From: Actinomycetota bacterium
GTDB lineage: Bacteria; Actinomycetota; Actinomycetes; JACCUZ01
NCBI GenBank assembly: GCA_030841035.1
Contig: JAVEDI010000104.1
Location: 9,445 to 73,444, forward strand
Direction of reading: 5' to 3'
Length of the DNA stretch: 64,000 nucleotides
Part shown: piece by piece, positions 16,349 to 25,440 of the stretch
Numbering within the stretch: position 1 is the stretch's first letter
Layout of the letters: each line of letters starts with the position of its first letter
Notes under the pieces: generated by a model
What the model was told of the DNA's origin: nothing
Databases searched by the model: none
Seen by the model: only the letters and a program-made list of their open reading frames with translations
Translations under genes and position numbers: made by a program

Positions 16349-17613
16349 GGGCCGGGTGCTCGCCTCCGGTACCGGCCGCTCCCGACCTGTTGCTCACGCA
16401 CGCGCGACTGGTCGCGCCGGGCCGGGTCATCGAGGACTCATGGGTCGCCGTGCTGGCCGGACGGGTCTCGCGGCTCGGCACGGGAACACCGCCGTGGGGC
16501 GATGACGCGCCGCAGACCGTCGACTGCGGCGGTGACTGGCTGGCGCCGGGGTTCATCGACGTGCACGCACACGGCGGCGGCGGCGGAGACGTCATGAGCC
16601 CCGACGCAGAGGCGCGCCGCCGGGTGCGCGAGGTCCATGCCCGGCACGGCACGACGGCGATGCTCGCCTCCACCGTCTCGGCGCCCCGAGCCGCCCTGTA
16701 CGACGCCGTCTGCCGCCTCGCCGCCGACGCGGCAGCGTCCCGCACGGAGGACGACGGGGTCACTGCCGCTGACGCCCCGACCCGTCCGGCCGCTCGTCTG
16801 GTCGGCATCCATCTGGAGGGCCCGTTCGTCTCGGCCCGGCGCAAGGGTGCGCACGACCAGGCGCACCTGCGCCGCCCTGACGGGGAGGAGCTCGCGAGCC
16901 TGCTCAGCGCCGGCGCCGGACACGTGCGCACCATCACCCTCGCGCCCGAGCTGCCAGGGGGCCTCGAGCTGGTGAGCCGCGCGGTCGCGGCCGGGCTGGT
17001 CGTCGCCCTCGGCCACACCGACGCCGACGCCGACGTACTGCGCCAGGCGGTCGACCGCGGCGCGAGCGCGCTGACCCACACCTACAACTGCATGCGTCCG
17101 CTGCACCACCGCGAACCGGGTGGCGTGGGCCTCGGGATGGACGACGAGCGCCTCATCTGCGAGCTGATCCTCGACGGCGTACACGTCGGCCCCGTCGCGG
17201 CCCGCGCGCTCGTGCGTGCGGCCGGCACCGAGCGGGTCTGTCTGGTCACCGACGCGATGGCGGCGACGGGCATGCCCGACGGCACCTACGAGGTCGGCGG
17301 TTCGCGCGTCGAGGTGGTCGGTGGCCGGGTCGTGCTGCAAGGCACCGACGTGCTGGCAGCGAGCACCCTCACGATGGGCGACGCGGTGCGCAACGCGGTG
17401 CGGATGCTGGGGCTCGACGTACCGACGGCGGTCGCCATGGCCACGACGGTGCCGGCCCGGCTGCTCGACAGCGACGAGGTCGGCGCGGTCGCGGTGGGAC
17501 GGCGGGCCGACCTCGTGCGGCTCCGCGCCGACGCCTCACTGGCGACGACATACGTCGGTGGCCGGGAGGTCACCGCCTGCGACCCGAGCACCGCCCCCGA
17601 GTCCGTCCCATGA
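16345..17613 (+). CDS. nagA: N-acetylglucosamine-6-phosphate deacetylase family amidohydrolase
   Basis: Metal motif FIDVHAHGGGG, then GIHLEGPF and TDAMAA. GTGA overlap with the IIB stop. Confidence 0.85.
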   Translation: MRAGCSPPVPAAPDLLLTHARLVAPGRVIEDSWVAVLAGRVSRLGTGTPPWGDDAPQTVDCGGDWLAPGFIDVHAHGGGGGDVMSPDAEARRRVREVHARHGTTAMLASTVSAPRAALYDAVCRLAADAAASRTEDDGVTAADAPTRPAARLVGIHLEGPFVSARRKGAHDQAHLRRPDGEELASLLSAGAGHVRTITLAPELPGGLELVSRAVAAGLVVALGHTDADADVLRQAVDRGASALTHTYNCMRPLHHREPGGVGLGMDDERLICELILDGVHVGPVAARALVRAAGTERVCLVTDAMAATGMPDGTYEVGGSRVEVVGGRVVLQGTDVLAASTLTMGDAVRNAVRMLGLDVPTAVAMATTVPARLLDSDEVGAVAVGRRADLVRLRADASLATTYVGGREVTACDPSTAPESVP

Positions 17614-17698
17614 GAGAGCCACCGATCCCCCTGTAGACCGGAGTCGGTGCGCCCCGGCGTCCCATGACTCGACGAGACGACCCGAGTGAGGTGTCGCA

Positions 17699-18463
17699 AT
17701 GTTCCAAGCCCTGCTCCTGGCTCTCTGGGGCGCCTACTGCATCTTCGATGTCCTCGGCCCCAACCTGTTCTACTCCGGCCGCCCGCTCATCGCCGGCACC
17801 GTCGCCGGTCTCATCGTGGGCGAGCCGACGCTCGGCATGGCGATCGGGGCCACGCTGGAGCTGACGGCGCTCGGCGTCTACACCTTCGGCGGTGCAACCA
17901 CGCCCGACTACCAGACCGGTGCCATCGTCGGCACCGCGCTGGCGTCCGGGGCCGCCGGCAGCGACGCCCAGCAGATCGCTCTCGGGCTCACCGTCGGCGT
18001 GCCCGCGGCGATCCTGCTTGCGAGCCTCGACCCGGTCGGTCGGTTCCTGCCGACCTTCTGGATCCACCGTGCCGACCGCTACGCCGCCGAGGGCAACTCG
18101 CGGGGGTTGACGTTGATGCACTGGACGGCGTTCCTCCCCTGGGGCCTCACACGAGCGATCCCGACGTTCCTCGCCGCCCTCGCTGCCCAGTCGACGGTGC
18201 GCCACGTGCAGGAGGCGATCCCCGAGGGCTTCACGCGCGGCATGACGCTGGTCGGTGCCCTGCTGCCGGCCGTCGGCTTCGCGATGCTGCTGCGCATCAT
18301 GCCGGTCCGCCGCTACTGGTACATGCTCGTGATCGGCTTCGTCATGTTCGCCTACCTGCAGGTGCCGCTCGTCGGCATCGCCATCTTCGGCGTCGCGCTC
18401 GCCGCCCTGTTCATGCACCTCAAGTACAGCCGCGAGCCTCAGCAGGAGGCCGCCAATGTCTGA
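17699..18463 (+). CDS. PTS mannose/sorbose-family EIIC component
   Basis: 254-aa polytopic membrane protein with a IIC(Man)-like N-terminus (MFQALLLALW...IAGTVAGLIVGEP...GATLEL). Confidence 0.85.
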   Translation: MFQALLLALWGAYCIFDVLGPNLFYSGRPLIAGTVAGLIVGEPTLGMAIGATLELTALGVYTFGGATTPDYQTGAIVGTALASGAAGSDAQQIALGLTVGVPAAILLASLDPVGRFLPTFWIHRADRYAAEGNSRGLTLMHWTAFLPWGLTRAIPTFLAALAAQSTVRHVQEAIPEGFTRGMTLVGALLPAVGFAMLLRIMPVRRYWYMLVIGFVMFAYLQVPLVGIAIFGVALAALFMHLKYSREPQQEAANV

Positions 18464-19343
18464 CACCGTGACGGTCCCCGAGGACGAGGTGCACGACGAG
18501 TCGCCGGCACCTCAGCTGTCCAGGTCCGACCTCAACAAGTCGTTCTGGCGCTTCTTCACCTCCTTCCAGATCTCCTGGAACTACGAGCGCATGCAGGCGC
18601 TCGGATTCGCCTACGCCATGGAGCCTGTGCTCAGGAGGCTCTACCCCGACAAGGAGGAGTACGCCGAGGGGCTGCAACGGCACCTGACGTTCTTCAACAC
18701 CAGCCCGATCATCGGCGCTCCGCTCATCATCGGGTCGTCGATCGCGATGGAGGAGGCCCACGCCAAGACGTCGGCGGAGGGCGTCAAGGTCGGGCTGATG
18801 GGACCGATGGCCGGTGTCGGGGACACCCTCACGTTCGCCCTCTACAACAGCATCATCTTCACGATCGCGTCGGCCTGGGCGTTGCAGGGCAAGGCCATCG
18901 GACCCATCTTCGCGGCCGTCATGGTGCTCATCCCCTACTTCCTGGTGCGCCGCTGGCAGTTCTTCTTCGGCTACCACCAAGGTCGCAACCTGGTGAAGTC
19001 GATCGCGACCGGTGCGCTGGACAGGCTCAGCGAGGCCGCAACGATCCTGGGGCTCGTGGTGCTGGGCGGCTTCATCCCGTCGATCGTCAAGGTCGTCACG
19101 TCGCTGACCTACCAGCAGACGGTCACGGTGCAGGGGCGCAAGGTGACGCAGGACGTTGCGGTGCAGACCCAGCTCGACGACATCGTGCCCTACCTCTTGC
19201 CCGTGGCCGTGACGGCGGGCGTCTACCTGGTGATGAAGAGATTCAGACTCAACCCGCTGTGGGCCATAGCCGGCATCTTCGCGCTGGGGCTCACCCTCGG
19301 CTGGCTCGACTGGTTCGCGCCCGCCCTGCCCGGCAAGAAGTAG
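18456..19343 (+). CDS. PTS mannose/sorbose-family EIID component
   Basis: Motif FWRFFTSFQISWNYERMQALGFAYAM is typical of IID. 8-nt overlap with IIC. Confidence 0.85.
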   Translation: MSDTVTVPEDEVHDESPAPQLSRSDLNKSFWRFFTSFQISWNYERMQALGFAYAMEPVLRRLYPDKEEYAEGLQRHLTFFNTSPIIGAPLIIGSSIAMEEAHAKTSAEGVKVGLMGPMAGVGDTLTFALYNSIIFTIASAWALQGKAIGPIFAAVMVLIPYFLVRRWQFFFGYHQGRNLVKSIATGALDRLSEAATILGLVVLGGFIPSIVKVVTSLTYQQTVTVQGRKVTQDVAVQTQLDDIVPYLLPVAVTAGVYLVMKRFRLNPLWAIAGIFALGLTLGWLDWFAPALPGKK

Positions 19344-19345
19344 CC

Positions 19346-19780
19346 GTGACACCGCAGTCACTGCGTCCCACGGTCGTGCTCGTCGGGCACGCCACGCTGG
19401 CCCGCGGCGTGCTCGACGCGGCCGAGATGATCCTCGGACCGCAGGCCGACGTGCACGCCGTGGGCATGACGCCCGACCAGGACCCTGCCGAGCTGCTGGC
19501 CGCGGTGCAGCGGGTGACCCGCGGCGGTCGGCCGGCAGGGCAGCTGCTGGTGCTCGCCGACCTCTTCGGAGGTAGCCCGGCCAACGCCGTCGCCGCGGCC
19601 GTGCTGCGCGACAGCGGCGCCGAGCTGGTCACCGGCCTCAACCTGCCGATGGTGCTGGAGGTCCTCACCAGCGCCGACGACGCGACGGTCGCGGACCTTG
19701 CCGCCACCGCGGCGCGCGCCGGCGCCGAGGGGGTGCTCGATGCGGGACGCCGGCTGCGCGATGCGGCGGCCGATGGCTGA
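19346..19780 (+). CDS. PTS mannose/sorbose-family EIIA component
   Basis: GTG 19346 lies 2 nt after the IID stop. N-terminus VVLVGHATLARGVL carries the phospho-His context. Confidence 0.75.
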   Translation: MTPQSLRPTVVLVGHATLARGVLDAAEMILGPQADVHAVGMTPDQDPAELLAAVQRVTRGGRPAGQLLVLADLFGGSPANAVAAAVLRDSGAELVTGLNLPMVLEVLTSADDATVADLAATAARAGAEGVLDAGRRLRDAAADG

Positions 19781-19787
19781 GCGACGC

Positions 19788-20558
19788 TCACGAGAGTGCT
19801 GCAGGGGGGTCGCGACGGGCATGCATGAGCACCTCGTAGCGGTCGCCGCGGTAGATCGAGGCCGCGAACTCGATGACCACCCCGTCACCGTCGCGGGTGA
19901 TGCGCTCGATCTGGAACGCGGGCTCACCCCGCGGCGTCTCGAGCAGCTCCGCGTCGGCTGCCTGCAGCGTCGTGACGGTGACGCGCTGCACCGCCTCGGC
20001 GATGGTGACGTCGTAGCGCTCGGCCAGCAGCTCGTAGAGGCTGCGCGTGGCGAGGTCCTCGTCGGCCAGGCCGGGGAAGCGGCGCGCCGGCAGGTGGGTC
20101 TGCTCGACGGCCATGGGTACGCCGTCCGCGGTGCGGACCCGACGTATCCGCGCGACCCTGCTGCCCGCCGGCACCTCCAGCCGGGCGGCGAGACCGCGTC
20201 CCGCGCGCAGCGTGTCCACGCCCAGCATCCGCGCGCCGGCCACCAGGCCGCGGGCCTGCATGTCCTCGGTGAACGAGGTGAGGTGCTCGGTGTGGGCCAG
20301 CCGTCGTTCGGCGACGAAGGTGCCGCGGCCCTGCTGGCGGTAGACGAGTCGTCGGTGGGCCATCCGCTCGATCTGGGCGCGCACGGTCATCCGCGCGACG
20401 CCGAACCGCTCGGCCAGCTCACGCTCGCTGGGCAGTGCCGAACCAGGCTCGAGCTCGGCGACGTACGACTCGAGAATCTCCTGCAGCGCCGCACCTTTTC
20501 GGCCCTCGGCCAGCTCGCCCGGCAGCGTAGACACGCGACGTCGCTCTCTCCCCGGCAT
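19788..20558 (-). CDS. GntR/HutC-family transcriptional regulator (DasR/NagR-like, UTRA effector domain)
   Basis: N-terminal wHTH LPSERELAERFGVARMTVRAQIERM plus a UTRA-type C-terminal half. Divergent from ptsH-murQ. Confidence 0.85.
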   Translation of the reverse strand: MPGRERRRVSTLPGELAEGRKGAALQEILESYVAELEPGSALPSERELAERFGVARMTVRAQIERMAHRRLVYRQQGRGTFVAERRLAHTEHLTSFTEDMQARGLVAGARMLGVDTLRAGRGLAARLEVPAGSRVARIRRVRTADGVPMAVEQTHLPARRFPGLADEDLATRSLYELLAERYDVTIAEAVQRVTVTTLQAADAELLETPRGEPAFQIERITRDGDGVVIEFAASIYRGDRYEVLMHARRDPPAALS

Positions 20559-20659
20559 CGGGCGGCGGCCTCCTCGCTGCGGTCTGTCCGGGCTCCCGGT
20601 GACGACTCAGACTCTAGGGGCGCCCGCACCGGCGTGGGCGCATCGGCGGAGGAGCGAGG

Positions 20660-20932
20660 ATGGTGACCAGGAGAGTGACCGTGGCGAGCCGGGTGGGGCT
20701 GCATGCCCGGCCGGCGGCGATGTTCGTCAAGGTGGCCGCTGCGGCACCGGGCCCGGTGCGCATCGCGGTCGACGGGGGGACCCCGGTGGACGCCCGGAGC
20801 ATCCTCGCGGTGCTCGGGCTCGGCGTTGCCCAGGGCCAGGAGGTCGAGATCAGCGCCGAGGGCGAGAAGGCCGCCGCCACCCTCGACGCGCTCGAGGCGG
20901 TGCTCGTCACCGACCACGACACCCGAGGATGA
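20660..20932 (+). CDS. ptsH: Phosphocarrier protein HPr
   Basis: 90 aa. Active-site context GLHARPA, and the VDARSILAVLGLG region. Confidence 0.85.
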   Translation: MVTRRVTVASRVGLHARPAAMFVKVAAAAPGPVRIAVDGGTPVDARSILAVLGLGVAQGQEVEISAEGEKAAATLDALEAVLVTDHDTRG

Positions 20933-20942
20933 GGGGGACACC

Positions 20943-21854
20943 GTGAACGACGGGGTGCGGGACGAGCAGCTCGCCGCCCTGACCACCGAGAGCGCGCGCC
21001 CAGAGCTGGCCGACCTCGACCTGCGGCCGACGCACGAGCTGGTGCGGTTGATGCTCGACGAGCAGCGGGCGGTGGACGCTGCGCTGGAGGCGGCCGCCGG
21101 CTCACTGGAGCGTGCGGTCGACGCCGTCGCGCACCGGATGCGCCGTGGCGGTCGGCTGCTCTACCTGGGGGCGGGTACGCCGGGGCGGCTCGCGGCGCTG
21201 GACGCCGCGGAGTGCCCGCCGACGTTCGGGCTCGACCCAGGCCGCGTCGTCGCGCTCATCGCGGGCGGTCAGGACGCTCTCGGCGGCGCGCGGGAGGACG
21301 CGGAGGACCACGGTGCGGACGCGGTGGCGTCGCTGGAAGCCGTCGGAGCCGGGCCCGACGACGCCGTCGTCGGGATCTCGGCGAGCGGTCGCACGCCCTA
21401 CGTCCTCGAGGGGCTGCGTGCTGCCCGGGCGCTGGGCTGCCTGACGGTCGCGATCGCCAACAACGCGGGGGCGCCCATCTCCGGTGCCGCCGAGGTCGCC
21501 ATCGAGGTCGTGACCGGCCCGGAGGTCATCGCCGGCAGCACCCGGCTCAAGGCCGGGACGGCGCAGAAGGTGGTGCTCAACGCGCTCTCGACGCTCGTGA
21601 TGGTGCGCCTGGGACGCACCTTCGGCAACCTGATGGTCGACGTCCGCCCCGGCAACGAGAAGCTGCGCGACCGGGCGCACCGCATCGTCGTCGAGGCCAC
21701 GGGTGCCTCGACGACGGCGGCCGGCTCGGCGCTCGAGGCGGCGGACGGCGAGACCAAGGTCGCCGTCGTCATGCTGCTCGCGGGAGTGGACGCGGCGGAG
21801 GCACGTCGACGACTGTCCGACGGCGCCGGCGTCCGGGAGGCGCTCGGCGGGTGA
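20943..21854 (+). CDS. murQ: N-acetylmuramic acid 6-phosphate etherase (SIS domain)
   Basis: GTG 20943. Motifs LTTESARPE, GRLLYLGAGTPGRL, ECPPTFG, GISASGRTPY and TRLKAGTAQKVVLN are typical of MurQ. Confidence 0.85.
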   Translation: MNDGVRDEQLAALTTESARPELADLDLRPTHELVRLMLDEQRAVDAALEAAAGSLERAVDAVAHRMRRGGRLLYLGAGTPGRLAALDAAECPPTFGLDPGRVVALIAGGQDALGGAREDAEDHGADAVASLEAVGAGPDDAVVGISASGRTPYVLEGLRAARALGCLTVAIANNAGAPISGAAEVAIEVVTGPEVIAGSTRLKAGTAQKVVLNALSTLVMVRLGRTFGNLMVDVRPGNEKLRDRAHRIVVEATGASTTAAGSALEAADGETKVAVVMLLAGVDAAEARRRLSDGAGVREALGG

Positions 21855-21909
21855 CCCACCCTCGTGGGCCCGCGGCGCGCCTACCGGCGCCGGTAGTCAG
21901 GCTGTCCTG

Positions 21910-22437
21910 TCAGTCGTCGTCCTGGTCGTCGTCCGGCGTCGCCATCGCGCTCGCGATGTAGGCGAATTGACCCGTCTTCGCGTTGGGCGGCGGGTTGATC
22001 AGCACGGTGGCCATGTCGCACGTCTGCGGGACGGCCAGCCAGACCCGGAACCGGGCGTCACCCTCGGGCACGCTCAGCGGCTGCTGTGCGCTGCGCGCGG
22101 CGAGCTGTCCCCCGCAGTAGAGGCTGGCGGTGATCAGGGTGACCGGGTTGTCAGTGCTGCCATCGGCGCGCAGGATCTGCAGGCCCTCCAGGCGTACGTC
22201 GGTGCGGCCGTCCTCCCGGACGCGCACCTCGCCCTTGTCGAGCACCCACGGCAGCCCTCCCGGACCCACTTCGAAGATGGGCGGGTCGGTCGGCTTGCTG
22301 GGTGTGAGGTCGGCCTTGATCAGGTTGTGGCCGTGCCGGCCGTGACCGCCGTCGTGGGCGAGCGCGGCGGCGGGGTTGAGAGCCAGGGCCCCGACAGCCA
22401 CGGCTGCGGCGAGTGCCAGACGCGAGTTCAGGCGCAT
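21910..22437 (-). CDS. Secreted hypothetical protein with a His-rich N-terminus and acidic tail
   Basis: ATG 22437 follows GGAGG. Signal peptide MRLNSRLALAAAVAVGALALNPAAALA, then HDGGHGRHGHN, and a C-terminal DDDQDDD. Confidence 0.6.
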   Translation of the reverse strand: MRLNSRLALAAAVAVGALALNPAAALAHDGGHGRHGHNLIKADLTPSKPTDPPIFEVGPGGLPWVLDKGEVRVREDGRTDVRLEGLQILRADGSTDNPVTLITASLYCGGQLAARSAQQPLSVPEGDARFRVWLAVPQTCDMATVLINPPPNAKTGQFAYIASAMATPDDDQDDD

Positions 22438-22652
22438 GATGGTGACCTCCATGAAGCGTTGAGGGATGCGGACCGGTGCCCGGTCGTGCCTCGGGGACGG
22501 GCGGGGCGTCCTGTACCGGATACGGGCCGGCGGCGGGGCGCGTTCATCGGCGTACTGCCATGGTGGTCGTCACGGGTCGCCCGGTGAACGTGGGCACGGT
22601 CCCGGCCGTACTCCGGAAGACAGCTCACCCGGGAAACCAGGAAGGCAGGACG

Positions 22653-23207
22653 GTGGCACTCCGGCGGGACAGCCGTCCGCAGGCAGAGAGCACGGACCTG
22701 GACCTGTCCTGCGACCCCGGCCTCCGGCTGGCCTGGCGCTCGCACGCCGACGAGCTCTACGGCTACGCCCGCAAGGCCCTCGGTGACGCCGCGGCCGCCG
22801 AGGAGGCGCTGCAGGAGACGTTCCTGCGCGCCTGGCGGGCGGCCGACCGCTACGACGCCTCCCGGCCGCTGCGGCCGTGGCTGTTCGCGATCCTGCGCAA
22901 CGTGGTCATCGACGAGGCGCGGGCGCGAGGTGTGCGGCCGGTGCCGCGCGACCGGGAGCCGGCCGAGTCGGTGGAGCCCCTGGACGACCCGCTCGAGCGG
23001 GCCCTGGACGCGTGGCTGGTGGAGGAGGCGCTGCGCCGCATCCGTCCGGAACACCGGGTGGTGCTGGTCGAGACCTACTACCGGGCCCGGCCCTACGCGG
23101 AGGTCGCGGTGGAGCTGGGCATCCCGGAGGGCACCGCGCGCAGCCGCGCCTTCTACGGCCTGCGCGCCCTGCGGCTGGCGCTCGAGGAGATGGGGTGGGA
23201 GGGATGA
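22653..23207 (+). CDS. ECF-type RNA polymerase sigma factor
   Basis: Region 2 (EEALQETFLRAWRAADRYD, RPWLFAILRNVVIDEAR) and region 4 (YAEVAVELGIPEGTARSRAFYGL). GTG 22653 after AGGAAGG is my preferred start; the ORF is open from 22476. Confidence 0.85.
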   Translation: MALRRDSRPQAESTDLDLSCDPGLRLAWRSHADELYGYARKALGDAAAAEEALQETFLRAWRAADRYDASRPLRPWLFAILRNVVIDEARARGVRPVPRDREPAESVEPLDDPLERALDAWLVEEALRRIRPEHRVVLVETYYRARPYAEVAVELGIPEGTARSRAFYGLRALRLALEEMGWEG

Positions 23208-23869
23208 GGCACGAATGCGCGGTGCGCCCCGAGGACCTCGGTCCCTACCTGCTCGGCCAGCTGGGACGAAACGAGGCCGCGCTCGTCGAGGAGGCCGTGA
23301 GCTCCTGCGCGTCGTGCTCCGCCGAGGTCGAGCGGCTGCGTCCGGTCGCCGCCGCGTTGGCCCGGGCAAGCGCGCCCGTCGAGGAAGCCGCCCCGCGGGC
23401 GCCGTCACCGGCGCTGGACCGGGTGCTCGCCTCGGTCCACGGCGAGCGGGCGGCCCAGCGCCGGCGGTGGCGGACCCGCGTGACGCTCGCTGCCGCCTCT
23501 GTCGTGCTGCTGGGTGCCGCCCTCGTGGGCGCGTTCGTCGCGGTCGGCCACGACACGGGGGGGCGCGACGTCGCGCTGTCCGGCCGTACCCCGGCGACGG
23601 GCAACGCGACGGTGTCCTCGCAGCCGTGGGGGACGGAGATCACGCTGGACGTCCGGGGCCTGACCCCCGGCAAGTCGTACGGCGCCTGGCTGGCCGACGA
23701 CTCCGGCAAGCGCGTTCCCGCGGGCACGTTCCGCCCGATGGCCGACGGCACTGCCCGCCTCGACCTGGGCGCCTCGCTGGCCCTGGACCAGGCCGGCACG
23801 GTGGGCGTCACGGAGCTCGGCGGCACCGACGTACTCCAGGCCGACCTGCAGACCGGTCCCGCCAGCTGA
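23204..23869 (+). CDS. Anti-sigma factor (N-terminal Cys/His motif, one TM helix, extracytoplasmic domain)
   Basis: ATGA overlap with the sigma gene. N-terminus MRHEC...SSCASCSAEV, and TM helix VTLAAASVVLLGAALVGAFVAV. Confidence 0.75.
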   Translation: MRHECAVRPEDLGPYLLGQLGRNEAALVEEAVSSCASCSAEVERLRPVAAALARASAPVEEAAPRAPSPALDRVLASVHGERAAQRRRWRTRVTLAAASVVLLGAALVGAFVAVGHDTGGRDVALSGRTPATGNATVSSQPWGTEITLDVRGLTPGKSYGAWLADDSGKRVPAGTFRPMADGTARLDLGASLALDQAGTVGVTELGGTDVLQADLQTGPAS

Positions 23870-23907
23870 CGGTCCCGCCCGCCGCGCCCACTCCCCTCCC
23901 GCCCCGC

Positions 23908-24093
23908 GCTTACCGTGATCGTGAGGCGGATCGGCACGTTTTCGGTGCCGGTTACCCTCACGATCACGAGGCGGCGGCGCATCGGGACGGGCGGCGCAGC
24001 GCTTGCCGCCGCTTACGGTGATCGTGAGGCGGATCGGCACGTTTTCGGTGCCGGTTACCCTCACGATCACGGGGCGGCGGCGCATCGGGACGG
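23908..24093 (+). repeat. Tandem duplication (103-bp period) of a unit containing a 53-nt hairpin
   Basis: Hairpin copies lie at 23915-23967 and 24018-24070, with identical 12-bp stems GTGATCGTGAGG / CCTCACGATCAC and identical inner sequence. The units differ at two positions just outside the stem. Confidence 0.85.
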
Positions 24094-24138
24094 ACGGGGG
24101 CGGCGCCACGGAATGGGCAGGCTGGTAGGAGGAGGGGC

Positions 24139-24567
24139 ATGGACGATCGGCCGGTGACGCCGCTCTGGTACCACCCGACCCTCGGCCTGTTGGCCGGTGG
24201 ACTGCTGGCCAGCGCCGAGACCCGCAACCTCGCGGTGTTCCTCAGCGCCCTGCTGGTCTACGCCGTCGGGTCGGCCGTCCTGGTGTCGTCGTACCGCAAG
24301 CTGGCCGGCACGTGGGTGAGCGGTGCGCCGCGGGGGCGGGCCGGGCGCATCTCGGTGGTGCTGATGCTCGCGCTGTACGCCGTCGCGGGGCTGGCGGCCG
24401 TGCTCGACCTCGGGCTGGGGCTGCGCGGTACGTTCGTCCTGGCCGGTGTCGCCGCATTCGCGCTGGTGGTCGTGCTCGGTCGGCGCTTCGACGCGGCCCT
24501 GCGCGCGCAGATCCTGCGCGAGGAGGCGCCCGCGGCAGCCCCACCTGCCACCACGCGACCGGCCTAG
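24139..24567 (+). CDS. Hypothetical integral membrane protein
   Basis: 142 aa with four hydrophobic helices. Confidence 0.6.
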   Translation: MDDRPVTPLWYHPTLGLLAGGLLASAETRNLAVFLSALLVYAVGSAVLVSSYRKLAGTWVSGAPRGRAGRISVVLMLALYAVAGLAAVLDLGLGLRGTFVLAGVAAFALVVVLGRRFDAALRAQILREEAPAAAPPATTRPA

Positions 24568-24597
24568 CCGGATCGGCCGAGGACCACGGAGGCAGGC

Positions 24598-25392
24598 GTG
24601 CCTGAGGGACACACCATCCGCCGGCACGCGGCGGAGCACAAGCGACGGTTCGGGGGCCACCACGTCGCGGTGACCAGCCCGCAGGGACGCTTCGTCGAGG
24701 GCGCCGCGCTCCTGGACGGACGTCGGCTGGAGGGCACCGACGCCCACGGCAAGCACCTCTTCCTCGAGTTCGCCGGGCAACGGCTGCTGCACGTGCACCT
24801 GGGCCTCATCGGCGCGTGGACGTTCGGCGACACTCCGGCGCCCGAGCCGCGCGGCGCCGTACGGGTGCGCCTGGTCTCCGACGGGTCGTACGCCGACCTG
24901 CGCGGGGCCACCGCCGTGGAGGTCTGGACACCGGCCGACAAGCGGCTGCTGCTCGCCAGGCTGGGCCCCGACCCCCTGCGGCGGGGCGCCGACCCCGACC
25001 GAGCCTGGGCCCGGATCGCGCGCAGCCGCGCCCCGATCGGGCAGCTGCTCATGGACCAGTCGGTCCTGGCCGGCGTCGGCAACGTCTACCGGGCCGAGTC
25101 GCTGTTCCGGGCGGGCATGGACCCGCACCGGGCAGGCCGCGAGGTGACGGCAGTCGAGTGGCAGGCGCTATGGGCGGACCTCGTCCTGCTGCTGCGAGCG
25201 GGCCTGCGCACGGGTCGCATCGTCACCACGCGCCCGGCCGACCGGGAGCGCGGCGGCCGGGTGCGCAGCGAGGACGCCCACTACGTCTACCGCCGGGCCG
25301 GGCTGCCGTGCCGGGTGTGCGGCACGCCGGTGCGCACCGAGGTGATGGCGGCCCGCAACCTCTTCTGGTGCCCGGTCTGCCAGGCCCGCTGA
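24598..25392 (+). CDS. nei: Endonuclease VIII / Fpg-Nei family DNA glycosylase
   Basis: N-terminus MPEGHTIRRH as in actinobacterial Nei. H2TH region QSVLAGVGNVYRAESLF. C-terminal zinc finger CRVCGTPV...FWCPVCQ. Confidence 0.85.
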   Translation: MPEGHTIRRHAAEHKRRFGGHHVAVTSPQGRFVEGAALLDGRRLEGTDAHGKHLFLEFAGQRLLHVHLGLIGAWTFGDTPAPEPRGAVRVRLVSDGSYADLRGATAVEVWTPADKRLLLARLGPDPLRRGADPDRAWARIARSRAPIGQLLMDQSVLAGVGNVYRAESLFRAGMDPHRAGREVTAVEWQALWADLVLLLRAGLRTGRIVTTRPADRERGGRVRSEDAHYVYRRAGLPCRVCGTPVRTEVMAARNLFWCPVCQAR

Positions 25393-25440
25393 GCGGGCGG
25401 CGCCCCGCGCGGTTCAGCCGGCGGCGCCGACCGCCGCGGT

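Noticed and set aside
20559-20659. Second dre operator in the GntR/ptsH divergent spacer (around GACTCAGACTCTAGGGG)
   Set aside because: The best alignment to the 16-nt dre consensus is about half the positions, which is not distinguishable from background by eye.
23908-24093. Possible CRISPR array
   Set aside because: Only two tandem units are present and the sequence between them is itself part of the duplicated unit, so there are no unique spacers. The third copy is solitary, and there are no cas genes in the window.
23405-24227. ORFs crossing the hairpin repeats (23405..24109-, 23915..24157+, 23964..24227-, and 28776..29435- at the third copy) that share peptides such as REGNRHRKRADPPHDH
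   Set aside because: The shared peptide is only the translation of the repeated palindromic DNA. There are no starts with RBSs, and the repeat is better explained as a structured non-coding element.
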